A stretch of 64,000 bases of DNA, from NCBI GenBank assembly GCA_965214835.1, contig CBDCCK010000002.1, positions 224,001 to 288,000 on the forward strand. The letters run 5' to 3'. Below the pieces are notes generated by a model. That model was given only the letters and a program-made list of their open reading frames with translations. It did no database searches and was not told the DNA's origin. Source of the stretch: Nitrosopumilaceae archaeon (GTDB lineage Archaea > Thermoproteota > Nitrososphaeria > Nitrososphaerales > Nitrosopumilaceae). The translations under genes were made by a program, and so were the position numbers. Each line of letters begins with the position of its first letter. Position 1 is the first letter of the stretch. This document shows, in pieces, positions 29,645-38,256 of the stretch.

Positions 29645-30493
29645 GTTGTCCACACGCCGTACTCCGACAAGTATCTCAAAAACTTCTATCGTTACGAGGA
29701 CAAACGGGGCAGGTATCGAGTTTCTGACCTTACCGCCAGAAACCTTGGAGGCGGTGGATATGACTATGAATTTCATGGGATTAGGCGGATATTGAAGGGG
29801 CCTCTGGAATCAATGCTGGAGTTGGAACGTAATGATATGATTCACTGACCCAAGAAAAAGGGAGGCATACCCGGATACAAAAAATATCTTGAAAAAGACA
29901 GGGGCATACCCCTGCAAAACATCTGGGTTGACATACCAAACGTCCAAGGCCAAGAAAGGTTAGGTTATCCAACGCAGAAACCGCTTATGTTGCTGGAGCG
30001 CATCATAGAGTCAAGCAGCAATATAGATGATGTCGTCTTACCCGTTTTGCGGCTGTGCGACGGCCTGCCTTGCGGCAGAAAGGATGTACCGGAAGTGGAT
30101 AGGCTGCGACATATCCGAGAGGGCCTACTCATTGATCGAGCAGAGGCTACACAAAGATGCTGGAATCGCCAAGTTCATCACAGGGGCAGGCGAGGTCATA
30201 CAAAGATTCGATTCCCGAAAAGAGGGGGCAGAAGATCCAAGGACATTAAACATACCCTGTATGGCATACAGCACGGCTACTGCAACGGATGCAAGTACCA
30301 CTACCGGTTCAAGGATCTGGAGGTTGACCACACAATACCCAGAATAAAGGGAGGACAGGACGACGACGGCAGCCTGCAGCTGCTCTGCGGAAACTGCAAC
30401 AGGAGAAAGGGTGGCAAGCTCACCATGGCAGAACTAAATGCGGTGCTGACCAAGGAAGGTATGAAGTTTGGCAAAGGCAGTTCATGGAAGTAG
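29645..30493 (+). pseudogene. 5'-truncated DNA methyltransferase-HNH endonuclease fusion pseudogene
   Basis: IWVDIP...GYPTQKPLMLLERII...[D]PFCGCAT...WIGCDIS, then CNGC...EVDH...LQLLCGNCNRRKG; stop at 29846-29848 and frameshifts near 30040 and 30210. Confidence 0.88.
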
Positions 30494-30561
30494 GTTTTCA
30501 CAGGCGGCCCGATTTCAGACAAGATCCACATTCCATATCACCAAGATTGCACAGAACCAAG

Positions 30562-30649
30562 ATGTGAGACCGCATCCCCTTGGTGGCCAGGCACGGGGGT
30601 CACAGCTGCATGCAATTCACTCCTAGTATGAGGGGTTATGGCCCCATAC
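30562..30649. mobile_element. MITE family E copy (degenerate)
   Basis: Body matches reverse of 33113-33204; right end GGCCCCATAC. Confidence 0.68.
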
Positions 30650-30790
30650 AGAAAACTACCCGATCCGGTCCTAGTCTGGCTGCGGGGGTCAATAGGGGCT
30701 GCCGATACATCCTTCAATCCTGTGCACTGTTGGTTGCACGGCATGCGTGCTAAGGATGGATCCAGGGCCTTGGATCCGGATTTACAGGGC

Positions 30791-31105
30791 CTAGTCCGTA
30801 TAGTTGCCCTCGGCATCCAGCTTTAGCTCTATGGTCATGACGGTCCCGCTGATAAACGACTCGTTTCTGATGGTTCTGACCCTTGCAACGTCCAGGTGAT
30901 ACGGCCAGATCTCGACTACTATTGCCCCGACCTGGACGTTGTCCGGCGCGTCCGTCAGCACAATGTCCTCCTTTTTTACCCCGTGGAGCTCCAGCTGATG
31001 GATTGCGTGCTCGACTAGTGGCTCTGGATTGTTGTGGTTGATTGCCCAAACGGTTCCAGCATACTCTATTTTGTCCATAACGCCATCAAGATCCTCATTT
31101 CCCAT
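30791..31105 (-). CDS. Conserved hypothetical protein
   Basis: 104-aa ORF 1 bp after the Lrp-domain gene. Confidence 0.75.
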   Translation of the reverse strand: MGNEDLDGVMDKIEYAGTVWAINHNNPEPLVEHAIHQLELHGVKKEDIVLTDAPDNVQVGAIVVEIWPYHLDVARVRTIRNESFISGTVMTIELKLDAEGNYTD

Positions 31106-31106
31106 G

Positions 31107-31343
31107 TCATTTGGGGTCGACTACATTCAGGGTCATCGTGCTCACCACCCTTGAGAGCTTTCTGACCTTGTTTGCCACGGTGTGCTCAAAGTCCTCCTGC
31201 GTGTCTGCATGTATTTCTGCAATTACGTCATATGCCCCAAACGTAAGGTATGCGTGCTTGACAGGCGGTATCCGTCTTAGCTCCTCTACGATGTATTCCT
31301 CTGCTCCCAGATCACAGTTTAGCAAAACGTATCCCACATGCAT
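31107..31343 (-). CDS. Lrp/AsnC ligand-binding (RAM) domain protein
   Basis: YVLLNCDLG...TFGAYDVIAEI...VVSTMTL. Confidence 0.88.
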   Translation of the reverse strand: MHVGYVLLNCDLGAEEYIVEELRRIPPVKHAYLTFGAYDVIAEIHADTQEDFEHTVANKVRKLSRVVSTMTLNVVDPK

Positions 31344-31393
31344 TCCTTATTCTTCACAATAACTACCAGGTACTGCTTGATTAACCTTTAGAA

Positions 31394-32854
31394 TCACCAT
31401 CTGCTTCTAAGGCCGTTGTATCTCCTTTTGCCTCCAGAATGCCTTCTAGGGCCGTCCCTTTCGGAGTCCCTGCGGTCATTGCCCCTTTGGCCCCCATAAC
31501 TGCCAGCCTTATGATCGTCGCGCCTGAACCTGTCGTTTCTGTCCCCGTCTCTTCTGAATCCGCCGCCACGGTAGCCACCGCCCCGGCCGAATCCTCCCCT
31601 GTCGTCTCTGCGGCCAAACCGTCCCCTTTCGCCCCTGTCGTCTCTGCGTCCGCCAAACCCCCGCCTTCCCCTGTTCTCGCCAGAGTATGCGCCGTATCTT
31701 CTCGGGGCGACATTCCGCTTTAGCGGGTCTGGAATCGTAATTTCTATCCCCATCTCCTTGTTCAGATCCCTGAGGTCAACCTTGATTTGACGCTTTATTA
31801 GGTTGAAATCCCCTATTGACGAGTACGAGACAAACGTAACCGCACGGCCCTTTGCGCCTGCCCTTGCAGTCCTCCCTATCCTGTGAAAGTAGGTCAGCTC
31901 CTGGTTTGGCACGTCGTAATTAATTACAAGTGAAACCCTTGGGACGTCAATTCCCCTTGCCGCAACATCGGTTGCAACCAGGATCTCTGCCTTGCCCTGC
32001 CTGAATCTTGACATTGATGCCTCTCTTCTGGGCTGGGACATGTCCCCCTCAATGACCACCGTATCGAATTTCCTTCTTAGCAGGTATGCCACATCCCTTG
32101 TCCTGTGTTTTGTAGAGCAGAATACGATGCACTGCCTTCCGTCATTTTCTTTTATGAAGTTAAAGAGGTGCTCTGGCTTGTCCCTGTCTTTTATTACCAA
32201 GTAGGACTGGTCTATTCCCTCGCCGCTCAGATCGTCTGCGTCCAGCAGGAACTGCTTTGCGTCCCTCAGGTACTCCTCGCCCAGCCTCAGGATGTCTACC
32301 GGCATTGTTGCAGAAAACATCGACATCGTCTTTTCCTCAGGTGTCCGCTGCAGGATAAACTTGATGTCATCGATAAATCCCATGTCCAGCATGGTATCTG
32401 CCTCATCGAGTACCACGTGGGTTATGTCGTCCAGCCTGATCGAGCCCCTGTTGATGTGATCAATCAGTCTTCCAGGAGTAGCAACTAGAATTTCTGGGTT
32501 TTTTCTCAATGCGTCAAGCTGAGATCCCATTCCCTGACCGCCGTAGATTGTGACAATCTTGATTCCGGTAAACCTGCCAAACTTTTTGATCTCGTCGGTA
32601 ATCTGGTTTGCCAGCTCCCTCGTTGGCGCCAGTATCAAGCCCTGGATTCCTCTGCCGGCCTCGATGTTGTTTAGCAGCGGTACTCCAAATGCTGCCGTCT
32701 TGCCAGAGCCCGTATGGGCCTGGCCTACCACGTCCCTGCCCTGCAGCAAAACCGGGATTGTAGCCTCCTGGATCGGAAACGTGTCCTCAAATCCCATCTT
32801 GGCCAGCCCCTCTAGTATGGATGTCTTTATCCCCAATTCCTCAAATTTTGTCAT
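31394..32854 (-). CDS. DEAD-box RNA helicase with RG-rich tail
   Basis: AHTGSGKT, PTRELA, DEAD, SAT, ARGID, HRIGRTAR. Confidence 0.95.
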   Translation of the reverse strand: MTKFEELGIKTSILEGLAKMGFEDTFPIQEATIPVLLQGRDVVGQAHTGSGKTAAFGVPLLNNIEAGRGIQGLILAPTRELANQITDEIKKFGRFTGIKIVTIYGGQGMGSQLDALRKNPEILVATPGRLIDHINRGSIRLDDITHVVLDEADTMLDMGFIDDIKFILQRTPEEKTMSMFSATMPVDILRLGEEYLRDAKQFLLDADDLSGEGIDQSYLVIKDRDKPEHLFNFIKENDGRQCIVFCSTKHRTRDVAYLLRRKFDTVVIEGDMSQPRREASMSRFRQGKAEILVATDVAARGIDVPRVSLVINYDVPNQELTYFHRIGRTARAGAKGRAVTFVSYSSIGDFNLIKRQIKVDLRDLNKEMGIEITIPDPLKRNVAPRRYGAYSGENRGRRGFGGRRDDRGERGRFGRRDDRGGFGRGGGYRGGGFRRDGDRNDRFRRDDHKAGSYGGQRGNDRRDSERDGPRRHSGGKRRYNGLRSRW

Positions 32855-32985
32855 TTCGTATTTTTCTCGTTCTCTTAGCAATGACAGAAAAGCTCACTGC
32901 TAGTCCGCCATTATTCCGATGACCTGATCGCATTTTCGCCACTAATAAACCCTTGATTTTCCAAAATGCCAGCTCGTGACACTAT

Positions 32986-33063
32986 TGGAGCCAATGGTGG
33001 GATCTGAACCCACGACCTTTCGCTTACAAGGCGAATGCTCTAGCCGGGCTGAGCTACATTGGC
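32986..33063 (-). tRNA. tRNA-Thr (anticodon TGT), 3' CCA encoded
   Basis: GCCAATG acceptor stem; anticodon arm TTCGC-CTTGTAA-GCGAA; T arm GTGGG-TTCAGAT-CCCAC; no intron. Confidence 0.96.
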
Positions 33064-33112
33064 ACGAGTTTTTTGCCCAGCTTGAAGCTTTAAAGTGTTA
33101 TCTCAGGTTTTT

Positions 33113-33204
33113 GCACGGGCCACACGCCCCTCAGGCAGTCAGGCACGAATCTGCATGCAGTTGTGACCCTCATGCCTGGCCAGCAGGGGGATGTGGCCTC
33201 GTAC
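33113..33204. mobile_element. MITE family E copy
   Basis: GCACGGGCCAC...GTGGCCTCGTAC ends; GGTTTTT duplicated on both sides. Confidence 0.8.
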
Positions 33205-33252
33205 GGTTTTTACCGCCAATTTTTAATATGCTCAAACCTTGAGCAAGACAGT

Positions 33253-33480
33253 TTGAAGTTCAAATATGTCGATCCACAAAAACTCAAAATCATAACCGGT
33301 ATGTTCCTTGGCACTGGAGCCGTGGGGATCTTACTGGGCTTGCAGCATGACGTGTTTTACATTACCATGATGGGCACAATCAATCTTTGTCTGGGCGGGT
33401 TTACCGGATGGCTGCTTTTGACGCAGGCGCCCAAGGCCCGAGATGCAAGAAAGAGAAGGCGTGGCGGCGACAAAAAATAA
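33253..33480 (+). CDS. Small two-TM membrane protein
   Basis: Two hydrophobic helices and a basic tail. Confidence 0.7.
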   Translation: MKFKYVDPQKLKIITGMFLGTGAVGILLGLQHDVFYITMMGTINLCLGGFTGWLLLTQAPKARDARKRRRGGDKK

Positions 33481-33551
33481 CGCCTGTTTGTTTAAAACCA
33501 AGCCCGCATCGTCTTGGGATTTGTTAAATACTAAACCGTGCTGTAAGTGTC

Positions 33552-34007
33552 ATGGAGGAGGGAGAAATCGCGCCCAGCTTTGAGCTGCAGGATCAAGACG
33601 GAAGCCGCGTATCCCTTGAGTCATTCCGGGGCAGGGAAAACGTAGTGCTCTGCTTTTATCCCAAAAACCACATCTTTGGATGCCCCTCAAGGAAGGTCTT
33701 CAAAATGGCTGAAAGCGTAGTTGCCTCATATCCGGACATTCGGTCTGCTGGATCGGCCTTGTTTGCCATTTCAATTGACACCGTAGACTCTCAGAAAAAA
33801 TTTGTTGATGAATACTCCATCCCATATGCGCATCTGAGCGATCCCTCAAAGGATGTCTGCAGGCAGTACGCCGGACTGAACATAGCCGGCATGGCAAAAA
33901 GGGCCACCTTTATCATAGACAAAGCGGGAAAAATCCGCAGAATCTTCCGCCAAGCGAACGCCGACAGTCATGGACGGGAGATCGTCTCTGCCCTAAGGCA
34001 GCTTTGA
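33552..34007 (+). CDS. Peroxiredoxin-like (BCP/AhpC-TSA) protein
   Basis: APSFEL, FYPK...GC, RATFIIDK. Confidence 0.85.
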   Translation: MEEGEIAPSFELQDQDGSRVSLESFRGRENVVLCFYPKNHIFGCPSRKVFKMAESVVASYPDIRSAGSALFAISIDTVDSQKKFVDEYSIPYAHLSDPSKDVCRQYAGLNIAGMAKRATFIIDKAGKIRRIFRQANADSHGREIVSALRQL

Positions 34008-34012
34008 TGCAC

Positions 34013-34102
34013 GTAGGAGCTTGCCCCTCCAGAAAATACGGCGTGGGGAGCATGGTGATCAAGGCCTTGGCCGGCAGTGTCGCCTAGGGGGCAAACCCTT
34101 AC
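34013..34102. mobile_element. MITE family B copy
   Basis: GTAGGAGCTTGCCCC / GGGGCAAACCCTTAC; TSD TGATGCAC/TGATGCCC. Confidence 0.83.
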
Positions 34103-34154
34103 TGATGCCCCTCTCAAAAGTATAAATAATTAGCCTATTTCTGAAGATTCAGAT

Positions 34155-34706
34155 TTGCTAGACCTGGTGGCCAAGAAACTATTCCTGACTCGTGGAAGAG
34201 GAGTCCACGAGGATCGCCTGACTAGCTTTGAGTATGCCTTGCGTGATGCCGGAATTGCAGGCACAAACCTCGTGCTGATCTCAAGCATCTTCCCGCCAAA
34301 CGCAAGATTGATCTCAAAGTCGCAGGGACTCAAGGAAATCAGCGCCGGGCAGATTCTCTTTACGATATACTCCAAAAATCAGACCAACGAGCCCCATAGG
34401 CTGTGCGGCGCATCCGTTGGAATCGCAAGGCCTGCCGATCCCAAACGCTACGGGTATCTCTCCGAGTACGACTCGTTTGGGCAAAATGAAAAGCAGGCAG
34501 GCGACTATGCAGAGGACATTGCAGCACAGATGCTTGCATCCTCGCTGGGCATACCGTTTGATGTCGACAAGAACTGGGACGAAAAGCGCCAGCAGTGGAA
34601 CGTGTCAGGACAGATCTACAAGACCCAGAACATCACGCAGACTGCAAAGGGCGACAAGGATGGAAGGTGGACGACCGTTTTTGCCGCCGCGGTGCTGCTG
34701 CTCTAG
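34155..34706 (+). CDS. pdaD: Pyruvoyl-dependent arginine decarboxylase
   Basis: SFEYALRDAGI...NLVLISSIFPP (SS cleavage site), GYLSEY. Confidence 0.92.
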   Translation: MLDLVAKKLFLTRGRGVHEDRLTSFEYALRDAGIAGTNLVLISSIFPPNARLISKSQGLKEISAGQILFTIYSKNQTNEPHRLCGASVGIARPADPKRYGYLSEYDSFGQNEKQAGDYAEDIAAQMLASSLGIPFDVDKNWDEKRQQWNVSGQIYKTQNITQTAKGDKDGRWTTVFAAAVLLL

Positions 34707-35872
34707 GGGCCCCTCCGGTATCCCTTGAGGTAAAACCCGGCAGCCGCAGCTGCAAAAATTGCTATGATTGCCACGACTGCGATTGATTCGTCGACCTTCA
34801 ACGGCGCCTCGCCCGGGTTGATCTGCGCCCCATCCCCAATCGCGCCGAATGTCAGTGCCAGCTCGTCGCCATTTGCGGACGTCCTTGTCCCAAACAGATA
34901 CTTTGCCTCGATCTTCGTTCCGCTTGTGGCATCAAACACCCACCCGTTTTGTCTAAACTCCGTGGGAATCGTCTGGCCGTCAACCTCCCTCGTCGGAATC
35001 AGACTCGAGTCATGGTCTTTTAGCTCTATTTGCTCGGGTGACAGGATAGTTATCTGTACGATTGAATTGAGTGGGTAGAAGCCGCCCGCAAAATAGTTTG
35101 ATCTCTCGATACTGTCAACTAGGAGGTACTCTAGGGGCCCAAACTGATTCGTGTCCTCCGCTCCGCCGTACTCCGTTGCGACCCTGATTTGAAACAGTGA
35201 CGTTCCCTGGGTAGGTATTATCGACAGTGCCATATGCGCGTTCTCGTGTGCAGAGATTGCAGTCCCCACGTCAAAGAACCCCCCGGCATTTCTAATTTGC
35301 CCGGCTATTGTCGAGGATGCTATTTTTTGATACATCGAGTACGTGTCTTCCTGCGGCATCGTATACACTGCAGAGACCACGTCCCTTCCTGAAACCGCCC
35401 CTGATGTTTCCAGTATCAGGTTGATTGCGTCCCTATGGTGTAAAAAGCTTGAGTGATACTCTGCATCGGTGTCAAAAACGGAGTTTAGCCTGTCTATTAG
35501 CCTGTCCCCGTTTTCCTTTGCGGCGTCTTGTATCTTGATAATGTTGGTATCCTCCGGGGTCCTTGCTATGTTTACCAGAATGCAGCTCTCATCAACCACC
35601 CCCAGCACGCCGCATCCCTCCTGGTTGGTCAGGATCACAGACACAATCCTAGGGTTGTCCACGATGTCCTGGTTCAGATCGCTTGGAACCAAAATTTCCT
35701 GATTGCTGGTACTTTGCAGCGTGATTGATGCGGTAACGTTTCCTGTCAGCGTCCTGTCTACCAAAACTTGGGCAGTCTCTTGGAACGTGGCCAGCTGCAG
35801 CTCCTGCGAATAGGCATCGCCAGCTGCAAGCCCCACCGCCAGGATCATAATCACCCCCAAAAGCCAGTACAT
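34703..35872 (-). CDS. Exported, C-terminally anchored surface protein
   Basis: Signal peptide; C-terminal TM followed by YLKGYRR. Confidence 0.78.
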   Translation of the reverse strand: MYWLLGVIMILAVGLAAGDAYSQELQLATFQETAQVLVDRTLTGNVTASITLQSTSNQEILVPSDLNQDIVDNPRIVSVILTNQEGCGVLGVVDESCILVNIARTPEDTNIIKIQDAAKENGDRLIDRLNSVFDTDAEYHSSFLHHRDAINLILETSGAVSGRDVVSAVYTMPQEDTYSMYQKIASSTIAGQIRNAGGFFDVGTAISAHENAHMALSIIPTQGTSLFQIRVATEYGGAEDTNQFGPLEYLLVDSIERSNYFAGGFYPLNSIVQITILSPEQIELKDHDSSLIPTREVDGQTIPTEFRQNGWVFDATSGTKIEAKYLFGTRTSANGDELALTFGAIGDGAQINPGEAPLKVDESIAVVAIIAIFAAAAAGFYLKGYRRGP

Positions 35873-35913
35873 CAGCTGAAAAAACCCATTTTGAAATTAT
35901 TAAGGTTACGTAC

Positions 35914-35989
35914 GGAACCTGCATGACCGTGATTTTAGGATGGGTGGGTTGGTTGCTTTTACGCGCCCGCACGGTTATGAAACACACTA
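35914..35989. repeat. MITE family C degenerate copy
   Basis: TGATTTTAGG...TGCTTTTACGCG...CACGGTTATG matches family C. Confidence 0.6.
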
Positions 35990-36463
35990 TGGCTGGCCCC
36001 TCCCTTTTTTTATCAAAGCTGACTGTTTTTGTGGTTTTTGGCGCAGCCATGGCGGTTCTTACAAGCCACATCTATGCCCACTATTTTGCATACTTGTTTT
36101 AAATCGAATTCATAGAGTTCGAATACGTGGAAAACGTTGAAACGGGCATGAGCCGGCTTGAAGCGGCAAACCTGATCTACAGGGACTTTTCCAATACATC
36201 AAACGATGCGATCGGGGTTTGGTCTTTGGTTGGAATGTAAAGCGTCCGCTAGGCGACGTGCAAGAGTTTTACCATTGGGAGGGCTACGACAGGGCAGATG
36301 GTGCGGATTGGCGTGATCCCGCAGACGATGGGAGAACCTGTCTTGACTACAGGCTTGTCGACATAACGCAGCAAAACGTCGTCGGCTATTTTGACCCATG
36401 GTTACGACTGAAAGCCTTTGATCATCAAAAAGCGCATTCCTGCGTAATTCATACCCATATGTG

Positions 36464-36573
36464 CAGTTAAGTGAAATGTAGGTCGGATTGTTGTTCCTGT
36501 CTTGTCATTGAGGCGTAGCGCATCTTGTCCGGTTTCTTTTTTGCTCGATTTTTTGGTACATTTCACTTAGCTG
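36464..36573. repeat. 110-bp element bounded by a 17-bp inverted repeat (MITE-like)
   Basis: CAGTTAAGTGAAATGTA / TACATTTCACTTAGCTG (16/17); no clear TSD. Confidence 0.7.
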
Positions 36574-36679
36574 AAAGGTGGAGAAGGTTGAAAGAGAGAA
36601 CCGGCAGCTGTAAAGCGAACGCCAAGCGGCTTTCCACCGCACTTATCATGTGCGTACCTTCTGCCGGATCCTGCTGCAC

Positions 36680-37312
36680 CTAGATCTCCATCTTGGTCTT
36701 TATCTTGGATATCTCGTTTTCCAGCTTTTGAAACCTAGAATCTAGCATGTCGCTGACGTTGGAGGACAGCTGGCGTATCTCCCCTATCGTCTGATCCTGC
36801 TTGTCCAGCATCTGATCCTGCTTGTCCAGCATCTGATCCTGCTTGTCCAGCATCTGATCCTGCTTGTCCAGCATCTGATCCTGCTTGTCCAGCATCTGAT
36901 CCTGCTTCGAATCTATGGATTTTAAATACATGGAGCCGGTACTGAACCCCTTGGTGGTCTCATTCACAAGGATGTGCATCATTTTAAGAAGCATTTGGTT
37001 CTCTGGCGACACGTTCTTTGGCACCTCCTCGTCTAGCCCGTCATGTTTTATGCGAAAAGTCGGGTACTGGCTTGCACCTTCTGAATACTCGGATCGGATG
37101 TTTTTGATCAGGACGGGCCTTGGAAGGTTTCTTATGGATTCGAGCATTGCGTCGATGTCCTCGCGTCTTCCCTCACACACAATCTCGACTGTGCCGTCCT
37201 CTAGGTTCTTGACGTATCCGTGAATCCCGCGCTGCGTCGCCTCTGCCTGCACGAGGTAGCGGAGTCCGACTCCTTGGACTGTTCCTTCAAGTAAGAATGC
37301 GGCCCTTTGCAT
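36680..37312 (-). CDS. Acylphosphatase with C-terminal heptad-repeat coiled coil
   Basis: GTVQGVGLR and GYVKNLEDGTVE motifs; (DKQDQML)n tail. Confidence 0.88.
   Translation of the reverse strand: MQRAAFLLEGTVQGVGLRYLVQAEATQRGIHGYVKNLEDGTVEIVCEGRREDIDAMLESIRNLPRPVLIKNIRSEYSEGASQYPTFRIKHDGLDEEVPKNVSPENQMLLKMMHILVNETTKGFSTGSMYLKSIDSKQDQMLDKQDQMLDKQDQMLDKQDQMLDKQDQMLDKQDQTIGEIRQLSSNVSDMLDSRFQKLENEISKIKTKMEI
36790..36907. repeat. Perfect 21-bp tandem repeat, about 5.6 units
   Basis: TCTGATCCTGCTTGTCCAGCA x5 plus a 13-bp partial unit. Confidence 0.95.
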
Positions 37313-37449
37313 ACGGACAGTTGCCGCCGTGTGTATATTACAATTGTGGTGTGCTCACTCCTGACTCTGCATGACTGGTTCATCGCATGGTGGTTGTCGT
37401 CCAATCCACTTTAGGTTTAGTATCCACATCAAAAAGTAGATCATAGTTT

Positions 37450-37510
37450 GCAACAGCTCGAACTCAAAGCTCAGGCGTGAATTTTGCCACCTCGGAGGCC
37501 CTCCCAGACA
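37450..37510. repeat. MITE family A half copy
   Basis: AGCTCAGGCGTGAATTTTGCCACCTCGGAGG matches reverse of 18084-18194. Confidence 0.7.
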
Positions 37511-37730
37511 CACCCCTAGCCGGAGGAAGACCTGGAAAAACCACAGCACGCAAAGATCAGTACCTGCTTTCCAAGTATTAGTTGGGGATCCTGACATTAC
37601 GGATGAGTACTGGAACAATTCCAACATACTCTGCCTGCTTGAACACAGGAAGGATGGGTAAGGCTGAAAAAGAGAATTGGTAGCTGCAAAGCGGATACCA
37701 GCAGCTACAAGAAGAGAACCAGTATAGCAT

Positions 37731-37994
37731 CTACGTCATTCGCTTGCTCATTTTTGCCGCCTTTGTCTCTCCCCTGCGCACCATGACGCGCATAGATTCC
37801 TGCATCTCGTCGACGGTCTCGTATAGCCAGTTTGCAGTTGCCTTTTTGAACCCGCGCCACTGCCATTCTGTATTATTCAGCTGCGGCGTGTACAGCGGCA
37901 AGTACTTTAACACCACATCCCTGTTCCACTCGGCCATCCTTCTCTTGAGATCCCCCGACTTGTGATACGATGCATTGTCTATAAACAGCAACAC
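37731..37994 (-). pseudogene. IS630-family transposase C-terminal fragment
   Basis: FIDNASYHK...YLPLYTPQLNNTEWQW. Confidence 0.85.
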
Positions 37995-38055
37995 CGTGAT
38001 CCCAGTGAGCTGCTGAGAGGCGGTTCATGATTAAAAACCACGTGAGCGCCAAGAC

Positions 38056-38148
38056 CATAATAATGACTGAAAGTTTTTGAGCACCTATGGGCATGAAATA
38101 TGCAGGAAGACGCTTTTTGATGATCAAAGACTTTCAGTCGCCACTATA
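38056..38148. mobile_element. MITE family G copy
   Basis: Imperfect TIRs CATAATAATGACTGAAAGT / ACTTTCAGTCGCCACTATA; matches 41056-41148. Confidence 0.72.
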
Positions 38149-38256
38149 GCATCAATCTGTTAAATAACCTGACATGTAATGCGACTCTAGTCATTTTGAT
38201 CTGCTTTGCATGGTCACGTACACGTGATCAAGGATTGCCAACTGCGAGTCGCCTCG

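Noticed and set aside
30655-30790. Nested hairpins (CATCCTT/AAGGATG; GGATCCA/TGGATCC)
   Set aside because: Short stems expected by chance or as a terminator; no known RNA motif
31420-31700. Degenerate repeats at the 3' end of the DEAD-box gene
   Set aside because: Ordinary RG/RD-rich helicase tail
36129-36470. Possible gene fragment (FGWNVKRPLGDVQEFYHWEGY...)
   Set aside because: Coding-like but unrecognisable, with no clear start
36790-36907. Possible CRISPR array
   Set aside because: Contiguous repeats without spacers, in frame within a CDS; no cas genes in the window
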